DNA of 64,000 nt from an uncultured bacterium (GTDB lineage: Bacteria; Zixibacteria; MSB-5A5; CAIYYT01), in the NCBI GenBank assembly GCA_963726455.1, contig CAVSCK010000004.1, positions 1,152,001 to 1,216,000 of the forward strand, read 5' to 3'. Below are positions 19,685 through 29,034 of the stretch, piece after piece. Below the pieces are notes generated by a model that saw only the letters and a program-made list of their open reading frames with translations, was not told the DNA's origin and did not search any database. A program made the translations under genes and the position numbers. How positions within the stretch are numbered: position 1 is the first letter of the stretch; each line of letters starts with the position of its first letter.

Positions 19685-20245
19685 TCACCGCGTCACCTGC
19701 CATTTAGCGGCAAATCGGTCCGCACTCTGTTTGTCGGACAGTTTTTCCGCCAACATCAGCGCAAATTGCAGCGCCGCCCCCGGCCCCATGCCGGTAATTA
19801 TATTCCCATCAACCGTAACCGGTTCGCCCGTCACAATGGCCTCCCCGGCAATCATTTTGTCATCGAACATCGGATCACCGGTCGCGCGCCTGCCTATCAG
19901 GATTCCCGCCGCCTCTGCCAGCACGTGGCCTGGCGACGCACAAATTGCCGCCACCAGTCTCCCGGTACGATACTGCTCCCGTATCAATTCCACCACATGC
20001 GGATTCGCAGCCAGCGCCTCCGCATTGCGACGTCCTCCCGGGAGTACAATGGCATCGTATGGCCCGGCCGCGCCGTTGATCGTCTTGTGCGGCACGATCG
20101 TCGTGCCGTATGCGGCTTGGATATTTCCCGGCTTCAATCCGGCTACCGTTACGTCCACCCCAACCCGCGTCAGCACGTCAATCACGGCTACGGCTTCGAT
20201 GTCCTCACATCCATCAGTCATTATGATCAGTGCCCGTTTATTCAT
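19685..20245 (-). CDS. DJ-1/PfpI (YajL-like) protein
   Basis: GCEDIE, YDAIVLPGG, AAICASP (nucleophile Cys) and ITGMGPG. Confidence 0.92.
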   Translation of the reverse strand: MNKRALIIMTDGCEDIEAVAVIDVLTRVGVDVTVAGLKPGNIQAAYGTTIVPHKTINGAAGPYDAIVLPGGRRNAEALAANPHVVELIREQYRTGRLVAAICASPGHVLAEAAGILIGRRATGDPMFDDKMIAGEAIVTGEPVTVDGNIITGMGPGAALQFALMLAEKLSDKQSADRFAAKWQVTR

Positions 20246-20330
20246 CTGACAATTCCTCTTATGAAAGTTGTACGATCAGAACCTGCCATCTGCGCTCAAA
20301 AAAACCTAAACCTTTCGGCCACATGATCGT

Positions 20331-20359
20331 TTGACAAAAGGAAGGGGAATTCGTACATA
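20331..20359 (+). promoter_or_regulatory. probable promoter of pepF
   Basis: TTGACA, 17-bp spacer, TACATA. Confidence 0.5.
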
Positions 20360-20411
20360 AGACAACCATTTTTTTAGAGAGCATCGCTCGCAATCGGAAG
20401 GAGTTGAATTC

Positions 20412-22319
20412 ATGCATCAATTTGGCAAACGACCTCTCGCCATTCTATTGTACCTGACTTTGGCGGTTTTATTTGCCCTCCAGACTTGTGCCTTCGCTCA
20501 AGCCAAACCCAAACAACGTTCCGAGGTTCCAGACAAATACAAATGGAATCTCGCCGACATCTATCCCAACTGGCAGGCCTGGGAACAGGACATGACCAAG
20601 CTCGGGACGATGATGGATGAATTCGCTGCCCTCAAAGGCACACTAACCAAGAGTTCTGCCGATTTACTCAAAGCGCTCAAACTAAATGACGATCTGAACA
20701 TCATCGGCTACAAAGTCTACCGCTACCCGCAACTGACTCGCGATACCGATCTGCGCGACAACGACGTTTCCGGCCGCTACCAGAAAGTGCGCATCCTGTT
20801 CGCCAAATTCGGCACCGCCACCGCCTGGCTGGAACCGGAACTGCTGACCCTCGGCGATGCCAAAGTGCAGCAATTCCTCAAAGAGAGTGCGGGATTGGCG
20901 CCCTATCGCTTCTATCTGGACGATCTGTATCGCCGGCAAAAACATGTGCTCAACGAAGAAGGCGAGCGACTCCTGTCCTACTTCAGCAATTTCAACCAGG
21001 TACCGGCTACCACCTATGACGAGCTAACCACCTCAGACATCAAATACCGGTCTGTAAAATTATCCGATGGAAAAGAAGTAACCTTGTCGCCCGAGCAGTA
21101 CGGTCTGATCATTCTGACGAATCGCAATCAGGATGACCGCCGTCTCGCCTGGCAGAACAGCTACGCCGTTTACAACGACAACATCAATACTCATGCCTCG
21201 ATATATAATGGCGTCTGCCAGAAAGATTGGGCCAACGCACAGTCGCGCGGATATGCGACTACGCTTGACGCCGCTCTGGATGAGAAGAACGTTCCGCAGG
21301 TTGTGTACGACAACCTTGTCGCCTCGGTCAAGAAAGGCGCCGGGCCGCTGCAACGCTATTACCAGCTTCGTAAGAAATTCCTCGGCCTCGAAACCTATCA
21401 CCTTTATGACGGCGGCATTCCGGTCATCGAATTCAAACGTTCCTACGATTACGACTCGATTCTGCCCTGGATCGTACAATCAGTCGCGCCGCTCGGTAAA
21501 GACTATCAGAATCTGATGAAACAGGCCACTGCCGGTCGCTGGGTCGATGTTTACGAAAACGAAGGCAAGGCAACCGGCGCCTATTCTGCCGGTGTCTACG
21601 GCGTGCATCCATTTCTCCTGACCAATTACAATGGCACACTTGAAGCCGTCTTCACAGTGTCCCATGAATTGGGCCACTGCCTGCATTCCATGCTGTCGCA
21701 GGAAAATCAGCCCTTTGCAACTTCGCAGTATACAATCTTCACCGCCGAAGTCGCCTCGACACTGAATGAAGCGCTCATGCTCGATTACATGCTGGAGCAC
21801 TCGAAGAATCCCCGCGAACGCATTCGACTCCTGGAGCAGGCGATCAACAACCTTGACGGCACATTCTATACTCAGGTCATGTTCGCTGATTTCGAGCATC
21901 AGGCGCACCAGATGGTCGAACAAGGCCAGCCGATTACTGCCGATGTTCTGAAAGAACTATACAAGAAATTGTGGGATGAATACTTCGGCACCACTGTGGC
22001 CTACGAAGACCTCTACGGCATTCTCTGGTCTCGTATCAGCCACTTCTTCGATTCGCCCTATTATGTATATCAGTATGCGACATCTTACGCTGCCTCTGCC
22101 AAGATTCATGAGGACCTTACCAGTAAAGACGGCAAAGTCCGCAAAGCGGCGCTTGATCGCTATCTGACGTTGCTGAAATCAGGCGGCAACGATTATCCGA
22201 TGGAGCAACTCAAGAAAGCCGGTGTCGATCTGTCACAACCTCAGACCATGCAGGCCGTAGTTGCTGACATGGATAAACTGGTAACGCGTTTGGAAAAGGA
22301 ACTGAATAGCATTAAGTAA
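20412..22319 (+). CDS. pepF: oligoendopeptidase F (M3B) with N-terminal signal peptide
   Basis: RSEVPDKYKWNLADIY, HELGH zinc motif, AEVASTLNE and YVYQYATS. Signal peptide ends AFA-Q. Confidence 0.93.
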   Translation: MHQFGKRPLAILLYLTLAVLFALQTCAFAQAKPKQRSEVPDKYKWNLADIYPNWQAWEQDMTKLGTMMDEFAALKGTLTKSSADLLKALKLNDDLNIIGYKVYRYPQLTRDTDLRDNDVSGRYQKVRILFAKFGTATAWLEPELLTLGDAKVQQFLKESAGLAPYRFYLDDLYRRQKHVLNEEGERLLSYFSNFNQVPATTYDELTTSDIKYRSVKLSDGKEVTLSPEQYGLIILTNRNQDDRRLAWQNSYAVYNDNINTHASIYNGVCQKDWANAQSRGYATTLDAALDEKNVPQVVYDNLVASVKKGAGPLQRYYQLRKKFLGLETYHLYDGGIPVIEFKRSYDYDSILPWIVQSVAPLGKDYQNLMKQATAGRWVDVYENEGKATGAYSAGVYGVHPFLLTNYNGTLEAVFTVSHELGHCLHSMLSQENQPFATSQYTIFTAEVASTLNEALMLDYMLEHSKNPRERIRLLEQAINNLDGTFYTQVMFADFEHQAHQMVEQGQPITADVLKELYKKLWDEYFGTTVAYEDLYGILWSRISHFFDSPYYVYQYATSYAASAKIHEDLTSKDGKVRKAALDRYLTLLKSGGNDYPMEQLKKAGVDLSQPQTMQAVVADMDKLVTRLEKELNSIK

Positions 22320-22350
22320 ATTCGCGTTCACGAATTCATCGCAAAATATC

Positions 22351-22391
22351 ACGTCCCATCAGGGCAACTCCCTGATGGGACGTAATTATTT
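22351..22391. terminator. hairpin/terminator between convergent genes
   Basis: 14-bp perfect stem ACGTCCCATCAGGG/CCCTGATGGGACGT. Confidence 0.7.
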
Positions 22392-22468
22392 CCAGCCTGG
22401 CGTCAGACAGGTCAGTCATTGCCGGAGTGCGGCGTGGCGCCGTTTGATCGGGGGGATGAGGGCGTTCT

Positions 22469-22948
22469 CTACCAACCCTTCGCCGCGCGCAGTCCGGCGA
22501 TATGCCCGACATGTTTTTCCCCATGTTGCGCATATAGCGCCGCCAGATCGTCGATCGTCATCGCGCCCCGTTCGGGATGAATTCCGATTCGCTGCCAGTC
22601 GTTGTCGGAAAGGCCCTCCAACAACGCTGCCATTCGCTCCTGAATGCCCCTGACAATGCCAAGCGATACCTGCGGTGGCAGACGCAGCACGTCCGGTGTT
22701 TTGGCCCATTCCTCCTGCTTATAGGCAAACCAGGTCGGCTTCAATTCCGTCAGTATCAGTTTCATCCGCGCGAGCGCATTCATGTGCGAATCTGCCACGT
22801 GATGAACCACCTGTCGCGGTGTCCACTTGCCTTCGCCATACGGCGTATCCAACTGCTGATCGCTTAATCCGGAAATAACCGCTTCCAAATCCTCTGGCAG
22901 TTGTTTCATCTGCGCGATCACTTTCCTGCGTTCATCCTTACTTAACAC
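22469..22948 (-). CDS. YfiT/DinB-family metal-dependent protein (bacillithiol S-transferase-like)
   Basis: QLDTPYGEGKWTPRQVVHHVADSH and YAQHGEKHVGHI His ligands. Confidence 0.88.
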   Translation of the reverse strand: MLSKDERRKVIAQMKQLPEDLEAVISGLSDQQLDTPYGEGKWTPRQVVHHVADSHMNALARMKLILTELKPTWFAYKQEEWAKTPDVLRLPPQVSLGIVRGIQERMAALLEGLSDNDWQRIGIHPERGAMTIDDLAALYAQHGEKHVGHIAGLRAAKGW

Positions 22949-22994
22949 AACTATCTCCCGAGCTTACAGATATCAATACATATTCTATACGCAA

Positions 22995-24392
22995 CTATCT
23001 TGATCCAAATAACACGGTAACCGTCAGCGAAAATATCCAAATCCCCAGTCCGGCTTCAATTCCCACGAAAATACACGCCCATCGTATTGGTTTATATTCC
23101 ACCGGATTGAAACGGAAGAACTGCAGCCATTGTCGCGGCTGCAAAGCGCCATAACCAAACGTCGCCAGTGACAACAGACTGAAATAGAAACAGTCGATGA
23201 ACAAGAGCCCGTGATCGAATTCCAATAGCGTATCCTGATTGTCAACTCCGGGCACAATATGGCAGATTCCCGACAAGGTCTTCTTGCTCAAAGTCAGCCC
23301 CGCGAAAATCAGACTGAATCCGCCAACGACGACTATCGAATACCACAGCAACCACATCGGTCGCGCTCCATATCCGAATGTCCATTTCAGGAAAAACAGT
23401 CTCAATATGCGTACCGGCGAAAACCAGGGGAAGCTCTTGGTGACGACTTCGTTCTCCCGGTAATGAAATTCATTGGCAATATCATCCAGCAGCTCGCGGC
23501 GATACAACATTTTGAGGTCACGGTACGTTACCTCCGCGCGGCGAATGTCCTCCGGAGTTTTCAGCGACAATTCCTCGCCGATCGTATAACGGCTGTCCAG
23601 ACTGTCTCCCCAGCGGATGTCGCGAATATTTCGCGCCTTGCCGAGTTGCACCTGGTACAGAAACGTCGAATCGAACGTCGCCTGAAACAGGTCGGCGTCC
23701 TGCAAATCGGCCTCGCGCATGACCGCATGCTGCAAACCGCAACCCTGCAAATTGGCTGAACTCAAATCCGCTTCCGCCATAGTTGCGCCGCGAAGTTTGC
23801 TCATCGTCAGATTCGCGTGCTGTGCAATCGCCGACGTCAGATTCGCACCCGTCAGGTCGGCGTTGTCCAAATCCGCATTCGTCAGTTTCGCTGATTCCAG
23901 AGTGGCGCCACGTAAACTGGCGCGGCTCATTCGCGCGCTTGTTAAATCCGCACTCCGCAGGTATGCCCCTTCCAGATTCGCCTCAGTAAGATCAGCATTC
24001 TGCAAAACCGCTCCCAAGAAGTCAACTCCCTGCAAATAGGCATAACTGAGACTCGCATTTGGAATCTCGGCTCCGTTAAGCGAAATTCCTCGCAGGTCGT
24101 CCACGAACGCAATGACACCATCATGCGACGGTGGAACTCTCGGCACAAACGCCGGCAGTCCGGTCCCTGCCTTCAGCGACGCCATCACTGAATCGACTTG
24201 GTCCGAGGTCCAGCGGCCTTTGAGCGCCTCAATTTCCGCATCTGAGTAATCAGCCCAATTCTTCAAGGGAATCTGCTGTGCGAAAGTCGAAGACAAACAT
24301 CCACTCACCAGTATAAGGAGGACGATGAGCGGAGTCGCCCGATGCCTCAAACTTGTCTTCGCATCACATCGAGAAATACTGCGCTGACTCAT
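22995..24392 (-). CDS. pentapeptide-repeat protein fused to a two-TM K+-channel-like domain
   Basis: Long A(D/N)Lxx repeat tract, GYGARP + TM1, FYFSLLSLATFGYG pore/filter-like motif, TM2. N-terminal hydrophobic segment ends TFA-QQ. Confidence 0.8.
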   Translation of the reverse strand: MSQRSISRCDAKTSLRHRATPLIVLLILVSGCLSSTFAQQIPLKNWADYSDAEIEALKGRWTSDQVDSVMASLKAGTGLPAFVPRVPPSHDGVIAFVDDLRGISLNGAEIPNASLSYAYLQGVDFLGAVLQNADLTEANLEGAYLRSADLTSARMSRASLRGATLESAKLTNADLDNADLTGANLTSAIAQHANLTMSKLRGATMAEADLSSANLQGCGLQHAVMREADLQDADLFQATFDSTFLYQVQLGKARNIRDIRWGDSLDSRYTIGEELSLKTPEDIRRAEVTYRDLKMLYRRELLDDIANEFHYRENEVVTKSFPWFSPVRILRLFFLKWTFGYGARPMWLLWYSIVVVGGFSLIFAGLTLSKKTLSGICHIVPGVDNQDTLLEFDHGLLFIDCFYFSLLSLATFGYGALQPRQWLQFFRFNPVEYKPIRWACIFVGIEAGLGIWIFSLTVTVLFGSR

Positions 24393-24414
24393 CTTATTCT
24401 CACCCTTTCCTGGG

Positions 24415-27042
24415 TCAAAAATCATAGCCAAGATTGAGATAAAGCTTGTCAAATTTGTTTTCTGCCCTGCCGTAAGCCACTGACATCGGCCCCAACGGCG
24501 TATCCAGCGCCAGCATCAATCCGAACGCATGCCGCAATCCCTGCAAACGCACCTCTTCGAATCTTCCAAACACTTGTCCGGCATCGTAACGCGCCGACAA
24601 ATAGAGATTATAAACCGGTCCCACCCGTATCTCCAGACTGCTTAGGAAATACTTATCCCCAACCAGTTGATCTGTCGTGTAACCATAGAAGCTGCGGCTG
24701 CCGCCCAAATAGAATTTGTCATAGATCGGCAAACCGAGTTCCGACCACCCCACTGACACTCCCGGATGCAAATTCAATTTCGCCGCCATGGGAAGATAGA
24801 TTTGAGCTGCCCCCTCAAACTTGCGGTAGACTTCATCAGTTGAGAGGACATCGCCGGCAACCTCCAATGTTCCCTTCAGGACTCGCCCGCTTCGTGGGAA
24901 TGTATAGCGATCCTTGGTATCCACGTTAACGCTAACCTGCACTGATGCCACCCTGCGTTCGACATCGTTGCTCTGCCCCTCATACTGGTAACGGACTGCT
25001 TCATATCTTGCCGTAATATCCAGTAGCCCTCGGCGCCACAATTGTTGGCCAACACCGAGTTTGACTCCCCAACGTTTGTCGGTACGATCAGGCAGACGGG
25101 TGGCGCCGGCAAACTGTCCAACCTTGTCATTCGCATAGTAAAGACGAAAGTTGTAGGTGATAAATGACCGGAATATTCGATCCGCTCGCAACTGCAGTTG
25201 GTACAATTTGCGCCGTTCTGAAAACCTGGTGTTAAACGACAACTCATTTCCCGTTCCCGCCAGATTGGCATAGCCCACCTTGAGAAACGCTTCCGGATGA
25301 AATTCCTCGTGATACCTTGCCGCCACCCTCACGAACGTGAACGGCTTCTCTTTGACCGAGATCGTAATCCAGGCGCCACCGGCTCGCTCTTCCAGGCGAA
25401 GATTGACATTGTCAAACAACCCCGATGCGAAAATGTCCTGCACGCCGCGCATCGCCTTGTATTTGCTGTAGAAATCTCCCGCATCCAAAGGGAAGTAACT
25501 CGTGACCACCCACCAGCGCGTCTTGGTATTTCCCTCAATGCTGACGCCGGAAATCCGCCCCTCGTCAAGAACAATCGACAGCTCCTCAGTATTCGGATCG
25601 TACCTGGCATCCGATATCTGTGCCAGGTCATACCCGTTCTGATGATAGTGCGTGAGGATGTTGTCGTATACACTCTGAAGTTGATCGATCGAATTGATTC
25701 CCGTCTCAGGAAATGCTGCGGCATGCAACAATGTAAGGTCAGTATAGATCTCGTTGCCCTCAATCTTCAGCTTACGAATCAACGGGAATCCCGCAGCCCT
25801 CACTTTCAGCACTCCGTCCTCGAGGTGATAATCGACTTCCTGAAAACTCCCCGACTGGAAAACTTCATACACAGCACGATTTATCTGGGTGGTTCTCAAA
25901 GTTTGTCCTCGTAACCGCAGCAAGTTTGCCGGCGCCTGTTGCAATGAAGTGTCGCCTCTTTCGCCCGCTGAATCGACAAATTCCACCGAGTCCACATGTA
26001 CGATTGCCGATGAATCCGCTACCGCGGCCAGCCGCCTTCGCAGTTCCAGCAGCCGTGACGCCACCGCCCGTCTTCCGTCGACGATCGCAGAATCACCCAG
26101 CCCAAAGTTCGTGGCCTTGATTGGCTTCATCTCAGGAATGAACACAAAATTTGCCTCGGACAACAACTGACGTTTAGTCTCGCTGGAAAGTATGCTGGTA
26201 GTCTGATTGGCTATGTCGATGGGGTCGACAATCTCGTTGACCGGCAGCAGGTCAGAGGTGGCGTCGACCGCAATCACAAAGTCAGCGCCCAGTAGGCGGC
26301 AGGTACGCGTAGGAATCGGTTCCAGCAACCCGCCGTCCATCAGTAATTTTCCGTCGAGCTGCAGCGGCGTAAACGCGAGCGGCACTCCCATCGTGGCCCG
26401 CAAGGCATCAACCAGCGATCCACGTTCGAAGACGACTTCCTGTCCGCTCACGATATCTGTGGCAACCACCGCCAGTTTGCGATCGAGATTGGCAAAATCT
26501 CCCCCAGTAAAATATGTTGATGTCAGTGTCAGTGACGTCAACACGTTCACTAATTGTTGGCCGGAGCTAAGCGCCGTGGGAATGCGAGGTGTATGCCCCT
26601 CAAACCTGACCGTCAATAAATCACTTTCCGTCTCAGCCCTTCGTGTGAATAGCACCGTCCCGCGCTTGGGTCTGTCAGAGAAAAACTCTGTCCAGCTTAT
26701 ACCCAATGCCGTCTTCTCTATCTCCTTCAAGGGCATGCCCGTTGCATATAGACCGCCGATGATCCCTCCCATCGACGTCCCCGCAACAACGTCAATCTGT
26801 ACTCCGCTCTTCTCCAACTCTTCCAACACCCCCAGATGCGCAAACCCGCGCGCGCCTCCTCCGGAGAGCGCGATTCCGATTCGATACCCTTTCACGTTCT
26901 CCGTCATGGCCTTCTTGAGGGCTCGCGGAGTCAATTCGGTCAATTCGACCTTGAATTCTCTTCCGGCTGCATCTTGCGCGCTGCTGACATTCCAGCCACA
27001 AAGGAGTACCGAGACGATAGTTAGGCGGATGAATCGGATCAT
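24415..27042 (-). CDS. patatin-like phospholipase-POTRA-BamA barrel protein (PlpD / type Vd-like)
   Basis: LSGGGARG, GTSMG and DGG patatin motifs, POTRA-like segments, DTPLGP...LYLNLGYDF C-terminal beta-signal. Start placed at MIRFIRL. Confidence 0.9.
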   Translation of the reverse strand: MIRFIRLTIVSVLLCGWNVSSAQDAAGREFKVELTELTPRALKKAMTENVKGYRIGIALSGGGARGFAHLGVLEELEKSGVQIDVVAGTSMGGIIGGLYATGMPLKEIEKTALGISWTEFFSDRPKRGTVLFTRRAETESDLLTVRFEGHTPRIPTALSSGQQLVNVLTSLTLTSTYFTGGDFANLDRKLAVVATDIVSGQEVVFERGSLVDALRATMGVPLAFTPLQLDGKLLMDGGLLEPIPTRTCRLLGADFVIAVDATSDLLPVNEIVDPIDIANQTTSILSSETKRQLLSEANFVFIPEMKPIKATNFGLGDSAIVDGRRAVASRLLELRRRLAAVADSSAIVHVDSVEFVDSAGERGDTSLQQAPANLLRLRGQTLRTTQINRAVYEVFQSGSFQEVDYHLEDGVLKVRAAGFPLIRKLKIEGNEIYTDLTLLHAAAFPETGINSIDQLQSVYDNILTHYHQNGYDLAQISDARYDPNTEELSIVLDEGRISGVSIEGNTKTRWWVVTSYFPLDAGDFYSKYKAMRGVQDIFASGLFDNVNLRLEERAGGAWITISVKEKPFTFVRVAARYHEEFHPEAFLKVGYANLAGTGNELSFNTRFSERRKLYQLQLRADRIFRSFITYNFRLYYANDKVGQFAGATRLPDRTDKRWGVKLGVGQQLWRRGLLDITARYEAVRYQYEGQSNDVERRVASVQVSVNVDTKDRYTFPRSGRVLKGTLEVAGDVLSTDEVYRKFEGAAQIYLPMAAKLNLHPGVSVGWSELGLPIYDKFYLGGSRSFYGYTTDQLVGDKYFLSSLEIRVGPVYNLYLSARYDAGQVFGRFEEVRLQGLRHAFGLMLALDTPLGPMSVAYGRAENKFDKLYLNLGYDF

Positions 27043-27122
27043 GTCGGCAAGTAACCTGAGTGTCACTCCAAACTCAAGCATAAAGAGTTTGACTCTCACT
27101 CTGAGGAAATCTATCATGCAGC

Positions 27123-27914
27123 GTGGATCAACTCTCGCAGGCAAAAGAGCGCGAAATTCACACAATTTCCGCGCGTCACGGTCGCCACAAGCACGGCAAA
27201 ACTATCGTTGAAGGCGTCCGCGCGATCGAGACTATGCTCCAATGTGGCGTCCAGCCCGAATATATTGCGGTCTGCCGCCAGGTTCTGACGGCCGAGGGAG
27301 AGAAGTTCATGGTCGAATTATCGAAACATGAGTTTCCGACTTACGACTTCCCGGCCAGGAACTTTGCCAAGTTGGCCGAGACCGTTCACTCGCAAGGTTT
27401 CCTTGCGGTCGTCAAAACCACCACGTCGCCGCTCACCGAAAACGAAATCAAACAGGCGAAATTCATGATCTATCTCGATGGTATCAGCGATCCCGGCAAT
27501 CTCGGCACGATCATCCGCACTGCCGCCGCCTTTGCCGTCGACCTGATCGTTGCTTCTTCAACTACCGTCGATCCATTCAATCCCAAAGTAATTCGCGCTT
27601 CAGCGGGACTGATCTTCAAAACCCCGTTGCATCGACTCGAAGACTTCCCGCAATTTGTGGATATCCTCGCATCAAATCGAATTCAACTCCTGGGCAGCGC
27701 GCCTGAGGCCCCAACCGAGCTTGAGAAATTGACCCTTGGCAAGAAAGTCTGTCTGGCAGTCGGTTCCGAGGCGACCGGCCTTTCGCCGGCGACCCGTCAC
27801 GCCTGCAAATCGCAATTTCGCATCAAAACCGCCGGCGGCGTGGAATCACTCAATGCCGCAGCGGCTGCCGCCATTGCTATTCATCATATCGCCATGAAAC
27901 TGGAGATGCTATGA
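27123..27914 (+). CDS. TrmH/SpoU-family RNA methyltransferase
   Basis: DPGNLGTIIRTA, KVIRASAG, GSEATGLS and VESLNAA. Confidence 0.92.
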   Translation: MDQLSQAKEREIHTISARHGRHKHGKTIVEGVRAIETMLQCGVQPEYIAVCRQVLTAEGEKFMVELSKHEFPTYDFPARNFAKLAETVHSQGFLAVVKTTTSPLTENEIKQAKFMIYLDGISDPGNLGTIIRTAAAFAVDLIVASSTTVDPFNPKVIRASAGLIFKTPLHRLEDFPQFVDILASNRIQLLGSAPEAPTELEKLTLGKKVCLAVGSEATGLSPATRHACKSQFRIKTAGGVESLNAAAAAAIAIHHIAMKLEML

Positions 27915-29023
27915 AACCTCGCAACCGCTTGTTCCGTAAGTATAAGCGCATGACAAATGGTATCATTGTTTTCATACTCTCGCTTTTTTGCTGGACGTCA
28001 GTTGCGTCCGCTCAAAACGAAATTACGCACGTCTCCGGTACCAGATACCAGGGACAGTTGAATGCTCGCACCTACACCTTGAAGGGCTACACCAATCTAT
28101 CATTCACCGGATCGTCATATCTCGCCGGCCAGTTGACAATCGTCGCGTCCGACAAAGCCACCACGACTGTTTCCTACCAGAAAGTCCTCAAGGCGGAATC
28201 CAACGATCAAGCCAACGAATTCGCCGACTACATCGAGGTCAATTCCGAAGAACTGGAAAATGAACTGGCAATCTCCGCCGAGACCAAATCGCAACCGCCC
28301 TGGAGCGGCACCGACTGGTCCGGCAGCGTTAATGTCGAGATTGAGGCCCCCAAGAACGAAAATCTGAAAATCGACGTTCGCACGACTTTATTCACCATCG
28401 ATATTTCCGGTCCGTTCGGCGCGGTCGACATCACTAACAGTCTCGGCGAAGTTACCATCGAAAAGATCACTAACAAAGTCCGGATCTCTTCGGAGAATGG
28501 CGCCATCAGCATCAGCGATTGCACCGGCCCGGTCACGGTGTCAACTTCCTTGCGTCCGATTACGCTCAGTCGCGTCGATGGTAAACTTGGTTCGATCAAA
28601 TTGCGCAATTCCAATGGCAAGATCATGCTGGCATCGGTACGCGGCGAAATCGACGCCCGCACCGAAAATGCTACCATTTCCGGTTCGCAAGTCCGATTCG
28701 AATCAGGCCATTCGCAGTTGACAACCGAAAATTCCAACGTCGACGTCGACGCCGAGGTCGTCAACGGCGACCTCACGATTCGTGGTACGAACGGCAAGAT
28801 TTCGCTCATGCTTCCCGTGAATACCTCCGCCACCTATGCCCTGCAGGTGGAAGACGCGGGTCGAATCTATACTCGGTCATTGCCCATGACCGTTGATCTC
28901 GCGTCGCGCTCGCGTTTGATCGGATACACCGGCTCCCGGCGAAATAAAATCGAGATTGACATGTCGGGTGTCGGTACTATAGATTTGGAGGGGAAACCGG
29001 CGAACAGGACTTCGCTTCAGTAG
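27911..29023 (+). CDS. exported DUF4097-like beta-strand repeat protein
   Basis: Signal peptide, then repeated (S/T)xNGxI units. Confidence 0.75.
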   Translation: MKPRNRLFRKYKRMTNGIIVFILSLFCWTSVASAQNEITHVSGTRYQGQLNARTYTLKGYTNLSFTGSSYLAGQLTIVASDKATTTVSYQKVLKAESNDQANEFADYIEVNSEELENELAISAETKSQPPWSGTDWSGSVNVEIEAPKNENLKIDVRTTLFTIDISGPFGAVDITNSLGEVTIEKITNKVRISSENGAISISDCTGPVTVSTSLRPITLSRVDGKLGSIKLRNSNGKIMLASVRGEIDARTENATISGSQVRFESGHSQLTTENSNVDVDAEVVNGDLTIRGTNGKISLMLPVNTSATYALQVEDAGRIYTRSLPMTVDLASRSRLIGYTGSRRNKIEIDMSGVGTIDLEGKPANRTSLQ

Positions 29024-29034
29024 TTCAAAGGATT

